Source: Antedon mediterranea (Eukaryota > Animalia > Echinodermata). Taken from it: a DNA stretch of 64,000 nt. Of this stretch, positions 29,301 to 41,300 are shown piece after piece (position 1 is the first letter of the stretch; every line of letters begins with the position of its first letter). Below the pieces are notes generated by a model. The model made no database searches and was not told the origin of the DNA. It saw nothing but the letters and a program-made list of their open reading frames with translations. The stretch spans positions 22,803,175 through 22,867,174 of the forward strand of contig NC_092677.1 in assembly GCF_964355755.1 (NCBI RefSeq), written 5' to 3'. Position numbers and translations under genes: made by a program.

Positions 29301-32300
29301 GCCTAGACCGAACACTTGGGCTCGGCATTATCGATGGGTTGTCAGGCATACCAACCAGCCGATCGTTTTGGGGTTTGGGTTTATATTTGGTCTAGGCCTA
29401 AAATATCATTTATGGCAGAAAAATGTTCAAATCCCGTACTTGCACCGGCTCCAGACTTATTTACTCGGTCTTTCGCCGCTTTATACGACGACCCCTTCAA
29501 TTTCGTTTGGATATAATTTAAATCCTTCTTTATTATGAGGATGGCCCATCTGCTAACGTGTCCGCCATCTCGTTGAACACAGACATCTTGTTGCCAGTGC
29601 TTTTACGCCAGTTTTTCACTTCCAACCGATCTCTAAACTCAGGGCTTCCCCACAATGAAATAAGGTATTTTACTTCGGTTTCTCGCCAATGCGCATGCTT
29701 CGATGACATTTTAAATTAATTAATATAATAATATTAATAATAATAATACTGTATAGTGTAACAACAAACAAAAGGTATGATTTTTTCGCACGTTCACCAA
29801 TCATAACAAATGGATCAGCTTGGCTATACGATGAGGAGCACATGTCACGATGTGATGTGGCGAATATTTTTTATTTTATTTTTATTTTATTTCATCATCA
29901 CCCTACAGTGACCAAACGTCACCATTAACAGGGCTGAAAGTCGTAAAATATAACATATAATATACAAGCAAAAATCAACAGATAACAAGACAACATTTAA
30001 ATATTACTGACATTAGACAAAACCTTGTGACGGAAACAAGCAAGGGAATCAAAAAAAATATCAACAGATCCATCAATTTTACATAGTGAATGGTATAACT
30101 TAGGCAAACGATTAACAAAACCATTTTTAGTAATATTTACCCTCCCTCTTGATATAGAAAATAAAGCAGGATAACGCAATTGATATTGTGGAACAGAAAT
30201 AGGAAAGTACACTTCAAAATTACCATGAAAAATTGAGTTCACAGCCTTAAAAAGAAAAATTAAATCAAATAACTTACGCCTACCCGCTAAATTAAAAAGA
30301 ACGTCTTTGCTAATAGAACCAAATTTACGCACATAAAATCGACAAAACTTGTTCTGTACACTTTGTAATCTAGAAGACTGGGCAAGAGAAATAGAGTTAA
30401 AAATAACACTGCAGAATTCAAGATTCGACCTAACTAAAGATTTGTATAAAATAACTAATGCCTTTTTATCGTTGATATGTCTGCAATGTCTCCAAAGAAA
30501 ACCCAAAAGTCTATTGCATTTAGAGACTATAAAATCAATATGTTTACAGAAGGTTAATGAACTATCTAAAAAAACACCAAGGTCTTTGTGAACAGAGACT
30601 CTTTCAAGTATAATATTCTTAATATAAAAGTCAAAATAGATGGGTTTTTTCTTAAGAGTAAAAGACATTGATTTGCATTTAGAGGCATTGACTGACATAT
30701 TCCAAGTGTCGCACCAGTGAATGAGTCTGTCAACGTCTTCTTGTAACAACAACATATCATTTAAAGTTTGTATAGACTTAAATAATTTGATATCGTCAGC
30801 AAACATAAGAACATTAGAATGACGAGGAACAAAGGAAAAATCGTTAATAAACATAATGAAAAAAAGAGGCCCCAAAATAGACCCCTGAGGCACTCCAGAT
30901 AAAACTGGAAGCCATTCAGACGCGTTACCATCAAAAGTGACTCTCTGAAACCTGTCCGATAAATAACTTGTAAAAAATAAAATTAAATCGTGATTTAGAC
31001 CAAATTGTTGAAGTTTAAACAAGAGCAACTTATGGGAGACCCTGTCAAAGGCTTTAGCCATGTCTGTATATACAACTTCGCATTGCCCTTTTGCATTTAT
31101 TGCGTCATACGCATGTGACAACAGAACAGACAAATTTGTTTCACAAGACCTTCCTGGGTAAAATCCGTGTTGATGGTCACTGGTGATATATGTTTAAAAA
31201 TTTGGTCGTGAACAATTTTTTCAAAAACTTTAGAAATAGTTGGCAACAATGAAACCGGTCTATAATTGCGTACATCAGATTTAGAACCAGCTTTAAAGAT
31301 AGGGCACACGTTAGCTTGCTTCCATTTTGTATTATTGTAATTTGATTGGCTAGATATCTAACCTAGGTCATATTCATCGATGCGTGACTTTCGTATTGTA
31401 AGCGACGTCCACTAAACTCATACCTTGAGCTTTTGTAGCGTACGAAATATCAGTGTCGTACGAGGTGGCTTCCACTAATCTTTTCCTGGTTCAGACCTAT
31501 GGACTTGTACGCCGCGTACAGTACGAAAGCATAACTCCGTAGGTCTGAACATGCCCTTAAACAGACAAATGTAAGGCATGTTATTATGATTCAATATTTT
31601 GTCTGTAAAAAACATATTTATACATTGTGACTCAAGAGTCTTGAGATGGAACATGAATTGACCAATCAAAATTAATAGATAAATAAATTATGAACCAACA
31701 AAAAATAAGTATCAAACAAAATCAACTAACAGAACAGGTCACCTATCTACTGTTTGATTTTTGTTTAAAAATTCCTATCTTATATGACACCAATAGAGAT
31801 TGGTGTCAGCAGGAAAATTGCATAATACAGTACCTGAAGCACGAGTTTAGAAAAAACAAAAACAATATTATTCTTATTTTTTAAATAGGACAATCTTCCA
31901 AACTACTGTATCAATAGCAAATTTAATGTTATTGATGTTACCATGACGATGATACATGGGAGACAATGTCTTTTGTACCGTACATGATTTATGAAAAAGC
32001 AGAATTATTGATTGTGTTAAATAATAATAATAAAATATTATAAATAATAAATAAAATAACATAACAAATAAAAATGTTTGATATTTGATGATATTTTTTA
32101 ATAACATTGTTTTTGAATAAAGGTATTTAACAGGTGACCAGTTCTCTAGTGAATCTACTTGTGAAGCTTATGTCAGGTGTCTAAGGATGGGATGCAGATG
32201 TTTAGAGTGTAAGTTTTCTCATTTGCCATGTGTTTGATTTGTCTACTCCAAAGCTTGTGAAAAGCACAAGAACCCTTTTCATGTATATTTTAAAACTACA

Positions 32301-35300
32301 GTTTTTACAGACACTTTCCCATGAAGCAAACGAGGGGCATTGCATGTTTTCATACTACGTCCAACACCTATTATATTAAGTAGACACTTAAGATAAGATA
32401 ACTTTATTTATCCTCAAAAAGGAAATTCATTGCTCATCATAAACAAAAAAGAAAACACAATAAATCCAATTATAGGATAGAACAACCATTCATATAAAAA
32501 CATCTAAAAAATACAAAACAGTTAAAGCTCAGGTACAGGCATGAATTTTAAACATAATATCTGGTTAATTGCACATAAATCAAATATTTGTAATAGAAAT
32601 CTAGACGAAAAAACATTAATATCCCTTAAAATGGTCAAATACAAAATTTGACAAAGTTATATTTAATAGCTATATTTAGTCATCTGATAAGATTTTTTAC
32701 CCGCCGTTTATTTTTCATAGCTTTTTAAAAATGCCTCTCTATTTACAACATTTGTGTATAAAAGAATAGAGATTTTGCTGTGTAATTTGAACTATCCCCC
32801 CACTGATAAGAAAGTGCTTATTTTCAACAAGCTCGTGTAACACAAATAAAATCCCAAAAATAATGAAACATAGGACAATCTATAGATCGATAATTATTGG
32901 AATGTCTGATCAATATAAATTTTTTGCCCGGACCTGGCCTGATGGTGTCTCCTTATATATATATATATATATATAATTTTTTTTTCTATTTTTGTTTAGT
33001 TGTACAGTATCTCCATTAAGATCCAATCCCTGACACCCACAGCATTGTCTTTTTTTTCCAGTAATTTTCCATTGGATTTATACTATTTTTCCTGTTATAT
33101 CTTTATTTTTGGCACAGCTAGCTTTTCAATTTAGAAATAAAACGCATCCAGGTGCATCGATTTGAACCATTCCGCTGGCACTAAATTTCTTTGCATATGT
33201 TTTTTAATGTATTTCCTTTTATTATTTACATGGTAATAGTAAACATAACAGTATTTTATAGAGGATTGCACAATTTTGTGATAACCGAAAAGAAAAAAGT
33301 AAGGAAATCCGAATTAGTCTTAATATTTGTATATTTCAGTGGACTGTTGGGATGGGCCTGATGGACTTCCCATTGTATATCATGGTCATACACTCACCAC
33401 TAAGATACGCTTTTTAGATGTTCTTATTGCAATCAAGGAACATGCTTGGATTGTTTCAGAGTAAGTGTTTTTGTTTTTGCTGTATATAATGACCAATAAA
33501 AAAAGTTGTAGCCATGTAACTTGCTAATCATGGCAATCTAACAACAGGATTCTGAACTCAATTTGCCAAGATAGGAACTCGTAACAGTACTTTGATCTTA
33601 TGATGACAGTGGAAAATTCATAATAGACGGTTACAGCACTGTACTATCTACCTATTCTCCAGCACGCTATCTATTTGAGGAAGCCAATTGGCCAATCAAA
33701 AATCAGTCAAGCGTTTAGGGGATGTAGAACTGATCATGTTGCAACTCTTTGATCCACCGGAGCTCTGCATCCTCTTGTTAGATTGCCTTGATAATAAAGT
33801 AAATTTTTAAATTCAAACTGTTGCTAATTGAATAGATAAAGTATTGGTTATATTTCTAGGCTGCTAATTGTTATAGGCCATTCCATACATACAACTATTG
33901 CTCGAGTTTGCACATTTACTGTATCCATGCAATATGCCTGCCACTGTACACAATTGAATGGGAGGCTTGAAAAATCTGCATCACTTGCAGTATTTATTCA
34001 TATAGTCACTATTCTCATAAATAAACAAAAGGCAATTGCTCAATTTATTTGCTGGCTCATTGAGAGTAAACATGCTAGCAAGATAATCACATATTATACA
34101 GATATTGCCTGCTTAGAGTTTAAATATAAGATTTGACATCCCCGAGGGAATGATATTTTGTTCGAGGGAATATATTTCCCGAAGCGCTGGCTGAGGGAAA
34201 TATAATATATTTCTCGAGAACATAATATCATTCACAAGGGGTTGTCAAATCTAATATTTCACCGATTATTACCGATATATATCGGTTACAATACACACAC
34301 ATTCACGTATTTACATAGGCTATGTAATATAATAATATATAATGACAATAATAATAATTAATTGGTTGATAATGAAAATCAAGAGTGAGAATAGTCTATA
34401 CCAGATTCTGCACTCACTTCTCTTCTTTCAAAACTTGAACATTCTCTATTTAAAGACACCTTCCCTACGTTTTTTAGATCTATTTTAAGATCACAAACTA
34501 TATTTAATGTAAAAATAATACTATATGGTCCTATTATATTAGCGGCCCGCTATAAATCCCAAAATGCATTGCGTGCGGATTGATATTTCTGCTTTTCTTC
34601 TGTAATTAACCCACTTTTCGATCGATCGCGAGGCCAAAACAAATGGAAAGACTCCTAACTTTTCAGCAAAAATACCGGGTTTTCCCCAATAGGTATCAAC
34701 GGAGTCTGGCAAAAATAGAAAGACAATTAAGGCAGCAACTATACAACGTCAGGCTAGGTATATAGCTAGCGTACGATGTTCGTACGTTACCAATGTTTAC
34801 CAGCTAGGCCTACAAAACTAAGCCTAGCTAGGCTAGGCCTAAAGACCGTCAACGAGAGGTCATTCGTCACGAGCTACTTAGGTAGTGCATTGTTTCTCAC
34901 TTTTTATCATAATTTACCATACAACGTACATTTAAGACAAGAAATGACATGGTTTAATGTTTTGAAAGTAATGTATATGTATTATTTTTACAAAACGTCA
35001 CAAATTGTAGGGCATGTGTCTTTAATTCAAGACATTTCTTTATCAATTTGTTTTATTTATTAATGCATAGAAGTAAAAATTAAAAATACCTAGAGATAAA
35101 CATTGATATAATAATAATAATAATAGTATTCTTATATAGCACTTACTGTAAGAAACAAAAAAAGGATGATTAAGCAGATAAACCATCTTTACCTCTCTGA
35201 TCTCTAGCACTTTGAAGCTCTCATATGAGAACTTGCTGTAAAAGACTTGTGAAAAAGGCATCTGTCTTTCCTATCCTACCAAAATAAAAAATAAAAAGGT

Positions 35301-38300
35301 GTTCCTCAAGATGTGTTTTTCAAATATCCTAGAACTAGAAGATAGATAAAACAAAAAGACCCCTTCCCTACGTTTTTTAGATCTAATTTAAGATCACAAA
35401 CTATATTTAATGTAAAAATAATACTATATGGTCCTATTGCGATAACTTTTTTTGTCTTTAAATGGTTAAAAATGTGAAAAATAAGTTGATTCTAATAATT
35501 ATAGCGGCCCGCTATAAATCCTAAAATGCATTGCGCGCGGATTGATATTTTTGTTTTTCTTCTATAAGTCACCCAAAACAAATTGAAGTCTCCTAACTTT
35601 TCAGCGAAAATAATGAGTTTTCCCCAATTTGTATCAACGGAGTCTGGCAAAAATAGAAAGACAATTAATGCAGCAACTATACAATGTCAGGCTAGGTATA
35701 TAGCTAGCGTACAATGTTTGTACATTACCGATGTTTGCCAGCTAGGCCTACAAAACTAAGCCTAGCTAGGCTAGGCCTAAAGACAGTCCACGAGAGGTCA
35801 TTCGTCACGAGCTACTTAGGTAGTGCATTGTTTCTCACTTTTTATCATAATTTACCATAAAACGTACATTTAAGACAAGGAATGACCTGGTTTAATGTTT
35901 TGAAAGTAATATATCTGTATTATTTTTACAAAACGTCACAAATTGTAGGGAAGGGGTCTTTAAACAAACAACAACAATCATACAAAACAGGTCCTTTACT
36001 TCATTAGAGTAATTGATCATGTGCCTTAATTAAATGAGAGATAATGTTTTTTTACAAAGAGACACTTTATTTTAAATGGTTTATATCAAGCCATGACCTT
36101 TAAATACCACTTACTATATAAGTGTTGGAACGTATTATATTTTAATATGTTCTTATTGTATGTAGTAATGCATTGAACCTTTGAAATGAAGGTGAACTTT
36201 AATTTGTATTAATTAGGGAAGTCTAAATTCATCTACATTTTATTTTCTACAAATAATCATTTTTACTAACACATAAATATCTGTTTTTCTTTTTTTTTCT
36301 GTATTAGCTATCCACTTATTTTGTCTATTGAAAACCATTGTGGTCTAGCACAGCAGCGGAACATGGCAAGTACATTCCAAGAGGTGTTTGGAAGTAAGAA
36401 ATACATTGAATCAATATTTAATCATTGAAAGACATGCCTTGGCATGCTGAGGTCATTCATCAGTGCATTCAAAAAGTAGAACAAATCTAAATTCATCCAA
36501 CCCCAAAATAAGTGTCTTGTCTTATATATGTTATGTTCCTATATTTATTATCTTCGCGCTGAATGTAAATATTTGGTTCACAACATGAAGTTAGAATTAT
36601 GTCTAACTTTTTTGCTGTTTAGGGCGTTACATGTCTTTTTTATGTGTTTTAGATTTATATTTTTATACATTGCAAATTTTATCATTATGAATGAATGAAA
36701 ATGTTTTATTTTATGAATAATTTTTGTTTTTATAATGGTTTAGATATACAAATTGTATATTTGTTTATATGCATTTTACAGCTGCTTTTTGGGTAATAAT
36801 ACTGTAGTATGTTGATCGCATGTGAAAAAAACTATTATTATTACATCATGTATTTTCAGGTTTATTATTGACCCAGCCAATTGATAGAGATGCCAATATT
36901 CTTCCTTCTCCCAATCAATTAAAAGGTAAAATCATTCTCAAACACAAGAAGATTCCAGATCAAGGCACTGAAACATTCACAGTACCAGTTAGCACTGATG
37001 GTAAGTTATCTATCAACAAACAAACTCCAACTAATTTAAGCCAAATCTCGCCCCATACAATAATGAAAAATATGTGCAAATAATAAATGTCTATGATTGG
37101 ATTGGAGAGAATATTTTCATGAGGCAAGTAGAGTGATTTTTTGAATTTTTTATTTTTCCTTATTTATAGAGGGTGACCCTAAATAGCGTATTCTGACAAT
37201 CAAGGGATTGAGTTATAATAAATGTCTGTGTGTAACAGTGACTGTGTGTATACTAGTACACCGCGGTAACCCCCTACTCATCTCGAAAGATGTACTAGGT
37301 TCTTTAAAGTGCACATGAGCCAGATGTGTACACTGGACCTATGGTTTATAGTCCTTATCCGAGAAGACTCGTTCTACCACCAGAACCATAGAGCGAGTAA
37401 TCCTCGAACCCTTGCCAATATTAATATGTCTTAATCGCTCGGCCACTCACTCAAATAGACCATTTCATCTTTCAACCGATGGGACTGTTTCTCTATTCTA
37501 CAAAGACAAAGCATTTATTATAATATCTATATCATTTACATTGTAAACTTACATTCAGTTAATTTGCCGTTTCATATTGAATGTTGAAGGCTAGGATGTC
37601 ATTAGAAATGGCGCATTCACAGGTTGGCTTTCGATAGTGACAGGGCAATCATTTTTTTAAACCTAAATTTTTGATTGTGATGCATAATAAACCAACTATA
37701 TACTTGTATAGAATACATAATTGAGAGTTCCATCACAGACAATGTTTAGTACATTTGACTCACTTCCTATTTTTTTTTGGTTGTAAATGATCAACTCACT
37801 GTATATGTTTTTTTGTGGTTATTTTCAGTTGCTGACCTTGATATAAGTAACACACTTAAAAATGGTATTTTGTTGCTTCAGGATCCAGCAGATATGGTGA
37901 GTGGCAAAAAGACGCATTGAAATACACAGTTTGATTGTTTTACATTGTAGCCTATACTAGAATGCTGAAACACGCATTTAAAAAAAAGAAATAAAATAAT
38001 TTACCAAATATGTATCAATAAAAAGAAAAATTGATAGAAGCCGCACAATTTAAAATACATAAATTTATTTAGGTGAGAGAGTTTTTGTGATTTTGTGGAT
38101 ATTTATTTGAATTTGCAGCACAGTTGTGTGCTCGCATCATGCGGTAACATTGGCCTCCTGGCCAGAAAATGCTTAGAATCCAAGACCACAGTGCTGGTGG
38201 TCTTGGGCATACATTTATAATTATTGCAATGGGTTTTTTTTTTAAAGAATTGCCATTGGCTTCATCATGGGCTTAAAACCTGGCTGGCCATCCCAGATGA

Positions 38301-41300
38301 GTTTAAACCACATTGGGACAATACTTTCATTTGTTTTATTTTAAGTCTATAGGCATATATGGCTGGCCAAGGATAACAAATAGTAAATTTGTCAATTTCC
38401 TATCAGATATGTAAATCTCCCTGATGCAGGTGCTGTTTGTGGAGCTGTTCATCAAGGTAAACTCCTACTCATCTCGAATGATGAACATGAACTGGGTTCT
38501 TTAAGGTGGACACAGGCAAACTATGTACATGTTCCACCACCAGATCTAGGAGCAAGTCGGCCTCAAGCCCATACCGATATTGTTTACTCTTTGAGTACAG
38601 TAAATAGTGCCCCTGCTTTAACTGCTCCACCATTTGATGGAATAAAATAAATAAATGTTAAATACTAATTTTTGCACTAAAAAATGTTGAAATAAATTTT
38701 AATTGCATAAATGACAGGAGTGGACACCTCACTATTTTGTTCTAACTGAAACCAAGATGTTTTACTCTGAAGAACATGAGTCACAAGCCACCCAAGATGA
38801 TGAAGATGATACTAGCAGTACACTTGAGGTCATTACATTTTGATATCAAATTATAATGCTATTTGTAATACAATTAAGCTGCTGCTATATGCTGCTAAAA
38901 AATAAAAAAATGAAACATTTTTATTGACTTCACAATTTTACTATTAGGTTACTTCATATAACCTATTGTTTCTGTCAAGTATCTTTATTTATTAGGCTAT
39001 CCACTAATTGTATCGAGCAGATCACCTATTGTGATTGTTGAATATCTCACTTGTTTATTCTAATTTGTTGTTTTGCATAAATTTATTAATGTAAACAACG
39101 TAAATCGTAAATGAAGAAAGTGTAAGCTTTTCTATGTTTGGCATAAGTTTGTACGCAAACTGCTGGCGAGAACATTTGATCTATTTAATGCAATCTTGAT
39201 ATAAATGGTTTATTTTTTTATATATATAGACAATTTCTATTGATGAGCTGCATTTTTCAGAACCATGGTTTCATGGTAAATTAGACAAACATGAAGGGAT
39301 GCAACCAAGAGCAGTAGCTGATAAATTACTAACAGAGTATCAAAAGGGAGATGGAACATTCCTGGTACGAGAAAGCGATACCTTTAAAGGAGACTACTCG
39401 TTATCATTTTGGTAAGTAACAAATATTTTTTATTGTACATGAATAAAATCCCATGCCTGAATCATACCAACTCATTCCTACTTGATTGCTTGGTTGATTC
39501 AAGTACCATACAATAAAGGGTTTAAGTTCACCCTCGAGTACAAGCCCTTTTAGTCAATTTTCATGCAAAATGAAGCGAACCGATATAAGTCCACTATAAT
39601 TTTCAGATCTGAATTTGCAGTTTGCATCTCGGAATACGCCATAAATCAGACCTTTTTGAAGCTGGAATTATAGACCTAGGCTAGGCAGCAAGTAGACACA
39701 TGCCTAGAATACGCTCCAAGGGTTTTAAATTGCACACTCCATTGGCGTATGTATGAACAATAAATAAAATTCCTGCTAATTTTGATGATATAGCCTTCCT
39801 TTCGGTCCTTGGGTATAATCCCACCCATTATCCTGTGCTGTAATACTAGCATATTAAAAAAGATGTATATAGATATATTACCATGCCATTGATCAGTGTA
39901 TTGTATAAGAAATGATTAGAAGTGAAATAAATACTTATGTTATAAGGGATATTGGACTAGCATGTAAGACGCATGGGTCTGTGCTATATTGCATGTAAAT
40001 AAGCAAGATGCTTTACTCTCATTGCCTAGTCCTTTGGATGGGATGTAAAGCCATTGGCGCTGTGTATACATACATTGCATGTAAGCACAATAAAGAACTT
40101 GGTATACATTATTCGGAATAAATATGGGATTGCATCGAGACGGTAATTTATACAAAAGAGTAATCTGTGCATGCATATATATAAGCCAGTTATACACCAT
40201 GACTGTATTGGTCGATTTAACGTTTGGTCTGACAACAAAACGTAGCACAATTTATAATGTCTTTTTTAAACTTTTCAAGAATAAAAAATGGTCAATCAGT
40301 ACGAAGCGAATACATACATAGTAGGCCTAAATTCTTCTTTTTAGTTTATCCTTCTTCTCTTTACAAACATAATAGTAGCCTTCCCAAACAAGCTCAATAG
40401 CCAAGCCTGCTTGTACAGGGTATATGGCCTAGGAGGAAGCTTACCGAACAGGATGTGGAGCTGTGGAGTGGAGCTGTGGCTTGGTGGTTATGATGCTTGG
40501 CTACCAATCTAAGGGTCCTGGGTTCAAGTCCTGTCATATGTCAGGGTTTTTTTCTCATGACAATTTACAACTCCACTCCCAAAGACTTAATAATAAGTCT
40601 TTGTCTATGTAGAGCATCTTGTGTATATGTTTGTCTTATATGTTCTAGTGCAGTATATGGAGAGCCATCTCGATAGTGCTTTGCACTCATGGCAATCCTC
40701 AGGGTGCTGCACCGCTGTGTTGTCATGTATGTTTGCCTGAAAATTAAATAAAATAAAAAAAATAAAGAGACTTTATACAATCGTCGCGTTCTGTTAATTT
40801 ACCGTCTCGATGTGGAAATTCACTATTGGGCTTTCTGGTGAACAGTGTACTAAAGAGGTCACCCAGTATAAGTCAGAAATAAATCGAAATCAAACTTTAT
40901 GCTGTTGCATTTGAATAAAAGCCTAAATTTTTTTTAATCAGTTTTAAGAAAACATTTAGTTGAATTGTGTGTATGCCTTCTATAATTGATGTGTTTCTGT
41001 TTTCTCCATCTTTCACTAAGGGCGCTAAACAAACCAAACCATTGCCGAATCAAGTCCAAACTGGAACGGGGTATATCAAAGTATTACCTGATTGAAAACC
41101 TATTATTTGATAGTCTATTTAGCCTCATAAACCACTATCGACAATTTCCATTACGCAGTCGGGATCTGGAATTATTATTAGGAGAGTCGGTCCCACAACC
41201 CCCGAGTCACGAAAACAAAGAGTAAGTGAAGTAGCATGGGTATTGAGTTGACACTGCACCATGTCTCCTGTAGTGTGCCTGCTTGTCATTTGTCACATTA

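Noticed and set aside
29997-31133. 378-aa ORF as an intact or novel reverse-transcriptase gene
   Set aside because: It is 5'-truncated and frameshifted, lacks an endonuclease domain and has a LINE-type tail, so it is an ordinary dead-on-arrival copy.
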